NCBI GenBank assembly: GCA_050084985.1
Contig: JBITNC010000001.1
Coordinates: forward strand, 20,212,001 to 20,276,000
From: Nageia nagi
Lineage: Eukaryota > Plantae > Pinophyta
Length of the DNA: 64,000 nucleotides
Direction: 5' to 3'
Numbering within the stretch: the first letter of the stretch is position 1; the number at the start of each line of letters is the position of its first letter. The position numbers were made by a program, and so were the translations under genes. This document shows positions 1-15,300 of the stretch, in pieces. Below the pieces are notes generated by a model. It had not been told where the DNA came from and ran no database searches. It was given only the letters and a program-made list of their open reading frames with translations.

Positions 1-623
1 AATCATGTTAAATTTACATTTGAAAATATTGATATTTGTTAACATGAATTGATGTGTGCCAAGTTAATAAATTAGCATCTATTGGTTGCCCTAAAGTTAG
101 TATGGAGAAATATACAAAATGATGAGGCATTATATTCCCTTATAGACTTCACTCTACATTCTACACTACATTTCTCATAGCTTTAAATAATTCTATTCTC
201 CTCCATGTTTTGGCAATTTATGACTATCACCTAGATGATGACATGATGATATGGTGATGCAATGTGTGTTCACACATACACAAAGATGGCTTGCCTTACT
301 CCACTTTTTAGCAGTAGGGGGTGATCTCATATTCAGCTATAAGTATGGTGAATCAACAAAATTTAGCTAATAGTAGTCAAGATAATTTTAGTTTAGCCAA
401 GTTAAAGGAATCCTATGACATCAACGATGTGGAAGACTATCCACATGGTGCTAGTGGCATACATTGACCTATTTTTAGGGTGCTAATGGCATACATCCTT
501 TGTGCAAAATTAAACTCAATCTCTCAAACCTTTACAAGTTTGAATATCAAGAAATTTAATCATTCCATCTCAGCATATTATAATATATTATATTTATTTC
601 ATCCTTTCTTTGCATGGCTAATG

Positions 624-1320
624 TCTTTGGATCATGGACATCAAAACACAAGATTCTTGATGGTCATTAATATGGCTAGTGAGAGTTCACTCATTTAAAA
701 GTAAATTGATGACGTAGTCATGAAGAATCTATTGAAATTGGATCATATCCAATGGATGATACATTTTGTTTTGTATCCATATGATTTTTTATTTGAACCT
801 ATCTAAATCATATTATCTTCAAATCATGGACATAAAATTGCATGATCACTGATGGCCAATGATACAACTAGTGAGAGTTCACTCACTTAATAGTAAATCA
901 ATGATGTAGGCATGAGTAATTTATTGATATTAGATAATCTCCAATGGATGACACATTTTATTATGTATCCACATGGTCTTTTCTTTGAACCCATCTAAAT
1001 CATAGTGTCTTTGAATCATGGACATAAAAATGCATGATCACCAATGGCTAACGATATGGGCTAGTGAGAGTTCACATACTAAAAGGTAAACTGACAATGC
1101 AACCATGAGTAATTTGTTGACATTGTATCATCTCCAATATATGATACATTTTGATGTGTATCTACATGGTTTTTGCCTTGAACCCATCTAAAGCATACTA
1201 TCTTGAAATCATAGATATACAAATGTATCATCATCAATGGTCATTCATAAATGCAACCATGAGTAAGATGTTGACATTGGATCATCTCCAATGGATGAAA
1301 TAACTTACTATGCATCCATC
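624..1320 (+). repeat. ~192-bp tandem repeat, ~3.5 degenerate units
   Basis: Anchor ctagtgagagttcac at 676, 868 and 1061 (periods 192 and 193). A fourth, internally deleted unit spans ~1208-1320. Confidence 0.85.
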
Positions 1321-1875
1321 ATTGCGTTATGATTAATATTTCATTGTAGATACATAAATTTAGCAAAATAAAAGAAAATTATAATCAAAATTAGGGCACC
1401 AGCATCATGCTTATAGTCTATTGGGCCACTAGTAGCATACATTTTATTATTATTTCCACCAATCCAAAGTGTAACCTCTATGTTTTGAGGTATGGACATA
1501 AGTGAAAATGGTTCTCAAGTATCATACATAATAGAATGGTTATATTCATGATTGAAATAGTATAAGGGAGGCAAATCATATCTTTCATCTCCAACCTTGG
1601 ATATAGATTTTTATAATCATCCAAACATCATCCAAATAGTAGTCCTAAACATAGCTTCTTCAACATATTTTGCCTTGGCTACTCCACTTAAGGATCTTTC
1701 CTAGGGCACCCAATTCAAAAGGGAGATAACACAATGTCCCTCATCATAAACCATTCATCTTCAACAAAAGATAGTATCAATAAAAAGATTAAAACATTTT
1801 CTTCTATATCTTGGCTACACTTCTTCTTTGGAAATGTAATTTCATTGCTCAATCACATATTCAAAGAGGGGGAAA

Positions 1876-2477
1876 TGTAGACATCTCAAAATGGACCTTT
1901 ATGTATTTAATAAATTATTTTAATCCCTTAACAATGTATTATTTAAAAAGGTATTTAAGATGTATAAAAGAGGTGTAGGCCACATATTTGACCCTTGTGG
2001 ATTATACAAGGGTTCAAATCCTATAATAGAAGCATCCCTATATAAAGGCATTAAAGACATATAAAGATAGAGGATAGAATCATGGAATCAAACATCATTT
2101 GCAAAGCAAACTTTTGGAAGGTCTTCTTATTTGTAACAAGTGAATATCTTATCTAAATAATTATCATACTTTTGTTATATTGATTAATCATTCATTCCTT
2201 ATCATTTCATCTTTAATTGTATCTTTAATTTGATCATTAACATGACATTGACAACATAATATTACTAGGGTATCGATGCTATACTAATGTATATGATATT
2301 TCTCATTCTTGATGTATGCCTTTACTTAATCAATTGAATATGCATATTAATGAAACAAACCTATATGCTTAACATTTGTTGTCATATTCTTGCTTTATGT
2401 CAACTAACTAATAGACCAAATAGTGCATGTGTTAATTCCCCTAATTAATTACACTATCACATTATTTAGGGTCTACA
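1876..2477 (+). repeat. LTR (602 bp)
   Basis: Termini TGTAGAC...GTCTACA form a perfect 7-bp inverted repeat. Preceded by a PPT; internal TATA-like tatataaa near 2039. Confidence 0.85.
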
Positions 2478-2479
2478 AC

Positions 2480-4113
2480 AAGAATATCCAAGGTCATGGA
2501 TGAAGAATGAAATTGAAATGAAACAACAAGCTATAGGAGGAAAAATAGATGAAGATGATGAAAATGCATTAAATATCGCTATAGGATGCAAGTTTGAGGT
2601 AATTAATTTTATTTATATTTTATAAAACTTCAATTTTCATGTAAATATATTCAAGCACTAATAGCATTTTTTCATGTAAATATGTGTAGAAACTATCTTT
2701 CCCTAAAATATGGGCATATGGTCAACACTTTAAAAAAGAAAAGAATGATGAGAGAAGAACAACATTTGATTGTGTAGTGATAGCTAATTTTGAAAAAGAA
2801 AGTCATGCAAGTTTAAAAGATACAAACTTGATATAGGAAAAATTAAAATATGTTGAACAAATTTAAGAAATTATACAATTGGATTATAAGTCATTTTAGT
2901 ATGTGATAGTTAAATGTAAATGGTTTTATGCACTCGATATAAGAATAATGTTGCATGATATACCTAGTGATTACTTTGCATTCGAATCCACATGCATTTT
3001 ACCTTACAATAAAGAACCTTATATTTTATTGCAACATTGTAGTCAAATATATTTCATCCCTAATGTTGATGATGAAAAAATTTGGTTTGTTATTGAATAT
3101 TATCCTAATGGAAAATATATTGTATGTCTTGATAAAGAAGATAATTTGGAATGATAATATTGTAATTCATATGCTTTTCACTAGTATATTTAACTTTTCA
3201 TATGTATAGCTTGCTAGTTGCTTGTGGTATGACAATATTATTTATATTTAACTCCATATAAGTTACAAATGCAAATGGTATATTTACAACAAGAGAATAA
3301 TGGATTAATGAATATGGCTTGATTTTTTTGCTTATAAAATGATAAGGTAACTATGAACTCATGTAGTGATAAATTAAGAAAATTATATTAACTTGTATAA
3401 TGCTTTAATATGGAGGTAAGGATCCTTACAAGTCAATGGTGTCTTACAACACAAATTTACTCAATATTTGAAGGAAACACATGAATAATTATTTTCCATT
3501 GTTTGAATATACTAATCATTCATCATCAAATTATGAAAGAGTCTAAGGGAATCATTCAAGTAAGGTTAATCATTACAAGTTATGTGAAGGAAATCTTAAC
3601 CATATTTGCATCATATATCTTGTTAAATAATTTTGTTTCCTTTATAATGTGTATTTTTTTATATTTTGCATCATTTTTTTTCAAATTATAGAAAGCTAAA
3701 TGTGACATATGTCCATGATAGTGGAATTTCATAATAAAAATTGACTTAAAAATATTTATTTTCCTTATTTAAGTTTTTTTTAACACAAAATGGTTTCTAA
3801 ATTTACATTGAAATTTTTTTCCTAACATTCGGTTGAATTTTGACACAAAATTTGAGTCCAAATTTGTGTCCAAATTTGCATCCTTTTAGGTCCTTTTTTG
3901 CTTCAAAACTCACATCTTTTTGGGTTTTTTTGTACATCATTATGGGTCATTTTTTGCATTCAAATTTACATCAAAATTTGCATTAGAAAAGTAAAAAAAT
4001 TGAAAAACATTTTCGATGCATGTCAACACATAAGGATACAAATTTACATCCTTTTTCATTTTTTGTTATTGAAGATGCAAAAAAGAATGCAAATCCACCT
4101 TTTGATAGTAGTG
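2480..4113 (+). mobile_element. CACTA (En/Spm) transposon 3' remnant with a decayed transposase C-terminus (DUF4216-like)
   Basis: 2740-3154 translates as ...TTFDCVV...EIIQLDYKSF*YVIVKCKWF...EPYILLQHCSQIYFIP...WFVI, the typical Tnp2 C-terminal pattern. Subterminal repeats (aatttgcatc/aatttacatc/gatgcaaa) lie at 3830-4095 and end in TAGTG at 4109-4113. Confidence 0.8.
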
Positions 4114-4249
4114 TTACTATTTATGAGTTGTCAGCATGTTGAAATAACTTTAACTAAATGATTTTATCATTATATTTCTCCATTGCAATCCTATAAATAT
4201 TTGTAAGTTTATATATCTCCTTTTAGCATTGCTAATTGATTTGAATAAT

Positions 4250-7200
4250 CTCATGTTGTGTATAGGTGGTGATTACCTTTAATTGCTCTTTGATGGTATA
4301 GTTAGGTTAGAATTTGATGGAATGAAAGTTCTATTATATGAGGGTTGTTAAGTCAAGGTTATTATTGGTTTGTGTGAGTGTAGTGATGGTAGAGGAAATT
4401 AATTTATTAATTATTATTGTTAATGGGATGGAATGGTAATTAATGTGTTGTTGGAGTTGGTAAATAATCAACTTGAATAACCTCATGATCTCTTAGTGTT
4501 GAAACTCATGAGTTTAATGGAGTGAATCAATATTCCTATTCACTATTTCATTAATCAAGTAGTGGTTAAGTATGAAGAAATGACTTGTATAAACCATACA
4601 TGACTTTGATTTCTAGCAACATATGAATCTAGGATCTGTAAGTTTTATGGATTAATAAATTGTATGTTGGATATGTAGTATGAATCTAGGTAGGGATATG
4701 TCTAGGGATTATTGATTATCCATGTTTTGGTGTAATGATAAGGGATGGATTATTGGCTACTAAATGCTTGGATCAGTTGAGTAGTGGTGATAATGATGGT
4801 ATCAATGAGGTTAATGGTATTGATAATATTTTTGGTAGGAGTAAGAAATATCTATATGGATGGCATATTTGTAGTGATAATAGAAAAAGAAATAGAAATT
4901 AACGTAAAAATTGGAATGAAAACTAGAATAGAGATATCAAAGCTTACTTGTGGTAGTGTATTCTATGATATGGAAGTTGACACTATTGGTGGTACTTATG
5001 GTGGTGATGGTGGTTGGTAATTAATGAAAATATGGATGGAATATCAACTATCTAAGATCTCCCTAACCACTAACTCTAAAGGTATCAGTGGTTGATCAAA
5101 CTCCATTACTACCACTTCTCTATAGGGTACTTCATCAGTATTTTTCCATCTTTATCTATTTTGCAAAGGTTCTTCATTGTGGAATAAACTTTTGAGTCTT
5201 ATTCTCTCTTCCTTGTTGCACTCTCTAAGGATGAATGAATCTATATGGTTGAGCTTAACCCTACTTGGAATGATCAACTCAATTGTCCCTCCTTTCTCTC
5301 TTATATCTTTTTAAGGAATTTAATGATTTTCTAACATTCACTATAATTAACCTTATATGGTATTTGGGCCTCCATATAGCCTAATATTGGATCTTTTTAC
5401 CTTTAATAATATGTTATTGGTTGTCACTATTAAATATAATACTTTATTGAATTTCTTGAATTCAGTAATAACTAACATTAATGTTCTTATATAGCCTTGA
5501 ATCAAACTACGAACCTCTTTGATCCATGTTGCTAAATTCATCATTTTACCGTGGATATCAGTGTAAATTTTGATGACCATCCTTATGATCTCTAGGTAAA
5601 TTCAATCCATTATATTTATGATTTTATCCCTTTCTTTCCTTTCTATTAAAATACTAAATTTGGTCACTTGAAGGAAAACCTTTGTAGAAAATACATTACA
5701 GCCAAAAATATAAAGGATTCATATTTAAAAATAGCATTTTTCTTGATGGTAGACTTGACATCATGGTCATTCAGCTTCAATTGCTCTAAGAATATACTGG
5801 CAAGATCATATTTCTTTTGTTAATGTATTATGTCGTAGGTAAACATGTATTGTGTTGTTGTAATGTTATTAGCATTGTTATTACAATATATCCTCTAATC
5901 AATAATTATTTTTATAGGTAAAATAAGGGGTAATATAATCGATCCCAATTCCACTACTTTTGTATTTATTTTCATCCCATCAAGCACTCTACCAATGCAA
6001 CTTTCACTAGATTTTTTCTATGTGTTAAGTGGTAATGTCTAGATTCTTTTTTCTTGAAGCTGATTATTCATTCCACAACATCTTCTATTATTTTATATGG
6101 ATTTTCTAACCATAGTTGGTTTCCATGGTAGTGATTGTATATGAATTTTACCATATTTTTGTAGGAACATAGGTCTAACATGTTGATTAGATTCATTAAT
6201 TTCACCTTCTCAAATATCTTCCTCTAGTCTACCATAAATGAAATCATGTCCTCCCTTGCCTCTAAGATTTTAGGATCTTCCAGCTTTATGATCTTTATGT
6301 ATATAGACTTATTGATATACTACACTTCTTTTGGCACTTACATAAAATGGTAATCAAGCAAAATTTTCACAAACCAATCCTCCTCCTGATTGATAAGATG
6401 GGGTTTCTTTATTTTTGATACCATTGCTCTCCCTTCCTCTTGTTTTCTTCTTCACTTGTAGCTCTATAACTCTCCACTAGTTTATGGATTCACTACTTTC
6501 TTTGCTCTATTGATTCATGGTTTTATTGGGTGGGATGTTTAGATTATTAGGTTTGGTATTTATTAGGTTTTTAATTGATAAAGTGGTATTGCATGTAACT
6601 TTAATAATATCATGGTATATATGGTGGGTATCAAAGTTTTCCAATGGTTGGTGAATGATTTTGCATGGGCATTTAATTTATTGATGGGATTTTTCTATCC
6701 ATTGTACCATTACTAGAGTAATTCAATGCATATCTCTCAAATAGTACACTGCACTCACTTCAAATAATTTTTCAAGGAGATATTGGTGTACCATGTAATA
6801 CTTAATTATAATCCCAAGGAAATATGGATCCTTTTTTTGGTTTTTTGATCTAATTTTCACTTGTAAAGGTGAGAAGGCTGGCCATAATTAATGAGGTTGA
6901 CAACATGTACATTAATAATTTTTCCAAATTTTTACTATAAATTCTTATTATATCAAGTTTTATTTCATGTTTCATATTTATTATTTATTTTTGGTTTCCT
7001 AATCATTTTATTAGATTTATGTAGATGGATCCACAAATAATGGTGGTACAATTGCTAGAAGGTGGTGGTATTTTAGATGTAGAGCTAGAAGAGATGTTAC
7101 ATGTATTACTAGAATGACATCAATTGGCCAAACACATAGAATTTATGGGAGCTACTATTGTGTTACTATTGCTATCATAGGAGATCAACAACAACTCCAT

Positions 7201-9385
7201 TTACAACTTTCTACTTTGTTACCATCATCCCTATAGCTAGCTTTGGTGGTGAGCTTGTTAGCTAAAGAGTTTCATTCTTATTTTGGAATGATTATGGAGA
7301 TTATATTTGCATGGTTTTATTTTGGAATAGTTCCATTTTTTATGCTTCATGTAATTTTCAAGGCTATTTTTAACCATGATATACTCCCTAATTTAATTAT
7401 TTTTTAGATTGAGAGAGAAGACATTCTGTATGGAATTGTTTTTGTAGTGTTTATGAGGTAAAAAACAAATAGTTTGTTATCTATGATATCCATTGTAATG
7501 TGTAACGGAAGATAAAATTCCTAAACTACTATCATACAAGTGTTTTTATTATTATTGATATTTTCTATGAGGTTCCTTGCTTTTGATAGGGAATATTTTT
7601 TTTTATCCTATGACTATTTATAAAGCCTTATCAATTTTTTCCATCTAACATCTTTAGTTGTACCATTCCTTTACCATTAATATCTTGGACTATGTATGGA
7701 CTGAGCCATTGAATTTCTAATTTTTTTGGATGATGTTTATACTAGCTATTGAATAAGAGAACTTGGTCACATACTTTTAATATTTTCTATTGAATCTTTT
7801 TTTTAAAATTTGGTTATGTAAGGCTAATCATCAATTTTCATCTAGTTGATCAAGAATGAAAAGTCATTCTTTAAGGTACTAATGATGATTTAGTTATATT
7901 GTTAGGGTGATTCTTAAAGATTAGATTTGAAGTTTTATTGGTACAATTTCTTCAAGTTTGTAGACAAAATTAAAATGTATATTTTTATTTAATCATTTAT
8001 AAGTTATTATGTATGCCAATCTAAGTGACTGATAGATACATTTTTTGTCAAAGTTCTTTCAAATATCTTGTTAATAGCTTCAATGGCTCCATTTACTTAT
8101 GGGTGGTATGGGGAAATCCTATTATGCTAAATCATAAATTTAGTAAGTAATTATTTAATGGTATGGGTAACAAAATATTTTCCTTGATCATTTATGATTT
8201 CCTTCAAACATCCAAATCTTGTGGTTTATATTTTTATATATAAATTTGGTCACTATTTGAGCTATACAATCTTTAACCATTGTTGGTTCTTCCCATTGAG
8301 TGAGATACTTAATTTATAATAATATATTATACCCCTAATTTTAATGTTTAAGGTGATATTGGAATGATAAAATTGATCACCCATTTTTGAATGATAATAA
8401 GGGTACAACAAGTTGAAGTAGTAAATCATCTCATATCGATGGTTGACCAATTCGTTGGTAGATATCGTAACTCTAAATAGAAATTAGCATCACTATGGAG
8501 AGTAAGACACCATAGTTCAGCCTATAATACTTTCTCATTCATAATTTCTCCATCAAAATGGCCTTCAGCTCCATCATGCACCTCTCTAAGGATTTCCTCA
8601 AGCTCATGAGAGAGTGCCACATAATGAATTACTTCATCTCTATATATTTTATAAAGTTTGCCTGATATCAAAGTATTTTACATGGATTTAATTAGCATTT
8701 TCCTTTGTTATTTTAGGGATAAATCATTAGGTAATTTTCTTAAGGTAAGAAAATTTATTATTTCCTCTAATTCATCTAGGATTGCTTCTACTTGGAATAA
8801 GTGGGCATATGGTAAATTATCATCAATATTTGATGTTTCACCATTATCAATTCATGATAGCATATTAAGGATAAAATTTAGGTTTCTTTATTTTACAATG
8901 AAATTAAAAGTGAATTCTTGAAATAGAAATAACCATCCATAAATTTATCCTTGGATGACTAGTTTATTTAGAAGATATCATAGCACCTCATGATCTATGT
9001 AAAAAATAAATGTCATCACTAATAGGTAATGATAAAAAATTTTAAGGGCATATACCATAGCTAGCACTTCTTGATCTATAAAATTATAACTCTTCTCTTC
9101 ATAAACCATATTTTGGCTAGTAAAATAAATTGGATGATTGATGTTACCTTCCCAAAGCTAGGAGAGCACAACATCGATTGCTTGAATACTCACATTGACA
9201 TGTACATGGAACTCTTTTGTCTAATTGGCAATATTAATATAGGGGTTTTTTATATTTTGTATTTTAGAAGGTTAAAATTTTCTTGAAATTATTGGGACTA
9301 GTATAAGGATTAATTTTTCTTGATTAAATCATCAATAGAGATGACTATAACTACATAGTTTTTAATAAACTTCTTATAATAACTA
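4250..9385 (-). mobile_element. Truncated non-chromovirus Ty3/gypsy fragment (RNase H, integrase, long 3' region), same family as 42697-56937
   Basis: The minus strand gives KEFHVHVN...HPIYFTS...LAMVYALK...YIDHEVL*YLLNK...FQEFTF, followed by integrase remnants down to ~7560. Segments at ~5400, ~6200 and ~7050 align with 46820, 47600 and 48460. The left boundary is approximate. Confidence 0.8.
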
Positions 9386-9389
9386 CATC

Positions 9390-12300
9390 CTTTACCCCCT
9401 TACATTGCTCAACCATGAATCTAGTTGTCCCTTCATTTTTAGTACTCAATAATTTGATGCTCCTATGTCCATGCCTTGATACAAAGTTGATCCTTTGATT
9501 TCATCTTTGGGTTTATTAATGTGAACATCATTGTTGATGTGTATACAATATGGAATGTTGTTAATAGAGTGAATTCTACTTCATTTTATTTCCTTCATTT
9601 GATGTAGGTCCTTACAAAAAGTGTTATATATACCTTGCATGATAATTTAATGTTAGTACTACATCATTAGTTTTTCTTTTAAGTGAATGAACTTCCACTA
9701 GATGAAATGATGGTTATTGATGGTCAAACATTTTATGTCTATGAACCTAAGATATTATGCTTTGTATGGTTCAAATAAAAAATCTTGTGGATATATAATA
9801 ATTTCTATCATCCATTAAGGATGAATAAATGTCAACAATTTTCTCACAAATGTATCATTGATTTAACTTTTAAGTGAGTGAACTCTCACTAGTCGTATCG
9901 ATAACCATTAGCAACCTAGAATTTTTATATCCATGGTATAGAGTCATTATATTTTCTTTTTATTTTTCATTTTTTTCATACTGATGATGGCATACAAATA
10001 GTAATGCATTCCGTTAATAGCATCTTAATGATCAAATAACTTGCATAAATAAAAATAAGACATAAAATACATGTACCTTGCATAAAATATGTATTATTTT
10101 GCAAGGTATAGAGCTTACATTTCATGCAAAGAAGTGTTTAATATGGATGGTATTGAAAGTGTTTAGTTCTTCTCTACCATCCATGGATGATAACTTATAA
10201 GCTTCTGATCATGTTACATCAATTACAACAAATGGTCTTATCTAATTTGATTCAAACTTTTCTTTTGCTTCATTATTTGTAGTTATTTTATTGATGCTTT
10301 CTTCAACACCAAGTCTCCTATTTTGAACTCCTTTAATTTGATCTTCTTACTAAATTCCCTCTTTAGCTTTGCATCATATCCCTTTTGATTCTCAATTTCC
10401 TTAATTCTCTTTTCATTAAGTACCTCCAACTATTGTAACCTAGCTTTCATTGCTTCTTCATTTGATATATCTTCTTGTAGTGAAATCCTCAAAGCTTGTA
10501 ACTCCAACTCTAATGGTACAATAGCCTCATATCCATACACAAATGAAAATGGTGTTACCCTAGTGGCTTTCCTAATGCTTGTTCTATATGCCCAAAGTGT
10601 ATAGGGTAATTGTTCATGCCAATCTACTTTATATCTATCCCATGTTTTTACCAAAGTGCTCTTTATGGTTTTATTTGATGCTTCCACTTGACCATTCCCT
10701 TGAGGATAATATACTAAAGAAAATGTTTGAGTAATATGAAAATTTTTACAAAAAGCTTTGATATCCTTACCTTTGAAATTTTTCCCTTTATCCATGATTA
10801 ATCTTTATGGTACTCAAAACCATGTAATAATATTTTCAATCAAGAAAGCAATGATTTTATCTTATGTCACTAATTTCATTATAATGGCCTTAATACACTT
10901 TATGATAAACATTGTAGCTATGATGATGAATTTGTGACCTTCCCTTGAATTTGGATTGATAAGCCCAATCAAGTCTATGCCCCATGTTGTAAATGCCCGT
11001 GGTGAAATTATGGAGTTCAACTCTTGAGTTGGCTATATTTCTCAATTTGCATGCTTTTGACATTGTAAACAAGTCCTAATATGATTTTTGCAATCCTCCT
11101 CCATTGTAGGCCAATAGTAACCAATTTGCAAAATTTTAGTGTATAATGATTTTACAAAGAAATGCCCCCCACACAACCCATCATTTGCTTGTTCTAATAT
11201 TGTTGTTATTTCATGTTGTGTTAGAAATATTAAAAGAGCACCATCAAATTACCTTTTATACAAGACTTCACTAATAATCACATTCTTGATAGTTTTCCTC
11301 TTTAATATAAGTTTTTCATTTCTATCAAAACCTAATGGAACTATTTAATTTTTTGAATAATTGTAAATATAAAAATACCATTATTAAGGACCAGTTTCTA
11401 TGTCAAGGTGGCATGTATGTACTTCTTCTATGTCATCAAGGTAAGAAGGTGTACTAAGCTTTTGAATCTTAAGGATAGTTTCTTCATCTTCTATCTCAAT
11501 TGGTGCTAATGAAGTTGCACTTGTCATTGCATTTGCATACCTATTATTAGTGCTTGGAATATTTTAAATAATGTACCTGTCACACATATAAATCAATTCA
11601 ATAACCACTATCTTATATGGATTCAACTTCTCATCTTTGGTGTTGTATGTATCATTGACTTGATTTACAACAAGTTGTAAATCACCATAGATCTCTAAAT
11701 CTTTTATTTTTAGAGATATAATTGCTTTCAAACCCAAAATTAGAGCTTTATATTTTGGCATGTTATTAGTGCACTAAAAACCAAGTTTATATGCCATATG
11801 AATTACCTTATTGGAAGGTGACATTATAAAAATACCTACTTCTACTGCATAAGTACATTTTGATCCATCAAAATACAAATTCCAAGTTGTAGGTTTCTCC
11901 TCCATGTAGCACACAAAATCATCTGGGATCATCATCTCTTCTTCATCATGCCATTGATAGCATTCATGCATGGTTACACACCATTGATAGCCTGCTTCTT
12001 CATTATGTTTATATGGGAATTCTTTGTGCACCATTATACCATCATTCTGAGGGAAATCTATTATCAAATCTATAATTGGCTATCCTTTCACAATTTTTTA
12101 TTTCACCATATTGATATCAAACTCTTGCAATAACAACAATCATCTTTCTAGAACAACATTACCCCCAAGGCATATAATATGGCTGATATATAAAGATATG
12201 TAGGTATTTCAAAATCCATGGGCACTAAGATAGAAAGATTTAGTAAATGTTGTTTTATATCTTCAAATGTCTTTTGACACTTATCATCCCATAGAAACTT

Positions 12301-15300
12301 GATATCCTTTTTTAGTAAATGAGTAAATGGCCTATATTTATCCCTAAGTTGAGAAATGAACCTTCTTACCAAATTTATCTTCCCTTGAAGACTTCTTTAT
12401 TGTTTGAGATTCTTTAGAGTTGGCATATTCACTATGGCTTTTACCTTCTTGGGATCCACCTCAAATACCCTTTTTGAGACCATAAGCACACTTTTAAGGT
12501 TTTAGTCTAAGCTTATACTTCTTAAGAATGTGAAATACCTCTTCAAGAAGATCCAAATGGTCTTGTCCTTACTTTTATTTGACCAAAATATCATCAACAT
12601 ACACCTCCACTGATTTATGAATATGCTCATGGAACTTGGACACCATAGCTCTTTGATAAGTAGCACTTGTATTTTTTAATCCAAAGGGCATAACCTTTCA
12701 ACAAAAATTTCCCTAAGGTGTAGTAAAATTAGTTTTATGTTGATCAGCCATATTGATTAGAATTTAATTATATCTTGAAAATCCATCCATAAAAGATAAA
12801 GTATCATGATCAATAATACTCTCTACAATCATATCAATATTTGGTAATGAAAAATCATCTTTTGGATAAGAATTATTGATATCACAAAAATTAGTACAAA
12901 CCTTATCTCTCTAGTAGGTTTTATAATAGGAACAATGTTAGTCATCTATTCTGAGTAATCAATTGGTTTAATGAATCCAACATTCAAATATTTTTTAATT
13001 TTTTTCTTGACTAATAATGCCTTAGAAGAATGCATCTTTCTAGATTTTTATTTAATTAGTTTAGCCCCTTCCTTAGGTGGTAAATTATGCATAACAAAAG
13101 AGGAAACTAAACCAAATTCTTATTATTTTCAATAAATTTATTTTTGTACCTTTCTTATTGAGGTGTTGGAAGTGCAACTCCAACTTTGATCAACCTTTCC
13201 TCATCACTTGTTCTAATGTTGATATCAATTAACTCTTTATTTGGGAATGCTAATTCATCCTTCATTTTTAATAATGAAGGTAACTCTCCCAATCCCTAAA
13301 TGTCACCTATATGATCATCCTCTTGCTAAACCTAAAACACTTCACTAAAATTCACCTTTTATCCAAAATACCCATATTCACTAAGAATGTAACTTGTTTA
13401 CCTTTTTCATTTCATTTAGGAAATTATAAATAATCCCCCATGTATTCTAAGATATCATCATTAGTATTGAAGAAATCAAACTCAAGTTGTATAGTATCAT
13501 CAATCCATAAATCTTCATCAATATCATTATAAAGATTAAGAAAATTACACTCTTTTACAAACTTAATAGGTCCCATTATTTATTTTGTATTCCAATCACT
13601 TCCCAATCCATTATTAGTTTTTTGAGCTCCTAAGGTAGTAGGATAAAATGACATACCCTATTCTAATCTGCTTAAACCCCCTCCTTTATATTTGCAATTT
13701 TCAACCATGTATTTATGAATAAAAGGAGATGAAAAAATTTTACCCATCATGTTCATTATTTGATCCATGATTGAGGTCATTGTATTCGATGATACCATTT
13801 TTGTAGCGCAATAAATCTTGTTATCTTCATTGGTTTCACATCATTAACAACTTTTAGGTAGTATAGCACACTATTGATGACCTTCAATACTAAGTATTTT
13901 CGATCCTCCCAAATATTTTACAAACATTAATGGATCAAAGTTCTCATTTCTATATGTTTCCATTCCCATCTCTATAATTTGAGACTATTTTTGTAATTTT
14001 ACTACTACTACACTTACTTTTAAAGGTACAATCTCATATCTAGGATAATTCATTATGAATTCCTCCATGTCTACTGCATTATATAAGGCATATGGTTGTG
14101 GATCCCCTATGAATTTGTATACCTCACCCTAATATTCAAATCTCAACCTACCATGTATTGTAGATGGTACTACATCCATATTATGAAGCCAAGGTTTACC
14201 TAATAATAGGTTATATGATAACTTTGAATCTACAACCTAAAACTAAATTTCAACTATCTGGACTCTAATTGTAACAAAAATTGTACCTATTCCAATTGGA
14301 TTTTTTGATGAATTATCATATGCTCTAATTAAAAAAGTGGCTTCTTCTAGGGGAGGTATTTTTACACCTTTCTCTTGAATTTATATCAAAAACTTATGTG
14401 AACAACTAATCCATTTTCTACCAATGTTCTTTTTATTTCCCATCCTTCTATTATAGGTGTAATATATAAACCTAAACATTCAACAATAATTTCTTTACTT
14501 AGCTTTTCATATCTATAAAATGAAATTCCATCGCATTCCTTGATAGATCTAATTTTTTCTAAATTCATGGTAGCAGACATATTGGTAGGAACTATTTATT
14601 TTTTTAATAAAGCATATAATATCTCCCTATGTGAATTAGATGTAGATATGAGATCATATAAACTAATCTTAGCAGAAGTAGTTTTCAAGAGGGTGCTAGA
14701 TCATATGTAGATGTAGATATGAGATCATGTTATAAGCTTTTGGATTGGGTGGTAAACTTACTTATTTAGTAGTATCTGAATTTGAGATGTTCCTAGGGCA
14801 CCCTCTTCATAATACAACATAAACATCTTTATCCATTGAAACTATGTTCATTGTTATCTTTGGATCTAAATCTTTATGATTAATTTTGTATCTCTCTTAT
14901 GCATTAAGATTTAAAATTGCAGCTTCTAATGCTTTATAGAAATAAAATGACCTTTTCTTTGATGATAAGTGAAATAAGCATCATAACTTCCCATTGGGGG
15001 ACTATTATCTTGTGATATTTTTTCTAATGGCTGTAATAAATCCCTCTTCATCATATCTCTCATAATAAACCTTGGCTGAATTGGAAACATATACCTTTTA
15101 TCTCTTGTTGTAGCTGATCTTATCAATTTAGGGAGACATGCAGGTGCATCAACCATATTTACTATCTATTCTTTCTTCTTTATGTATGTTCTACATTTCT
15201 CTTTATTGTGATAATTATATGTATACTTGAGATCTCCTAACTCAAGTAAAAGTTTTTCTTTTTGCATTAATTCTTTTACTAATACCCCAAATATAATACC

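Larger units (their letters stand above)
620..2477 (+). mobile_element. 3' end (3'UTR, PPT, LTR) of a Tat/Ogre-like Ty3/gypsy element
   Basis: PPT aaagagggggaaa (1863-1875) is directly followed by an LTR. The 3'UTR motifs (ctagtgagagttcactcac; 1480-1550; 1820-1875) recur reverse-complemented at 9410-9945 and 60146-60770, next to Tat-type pol. Confidence 0.8.
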
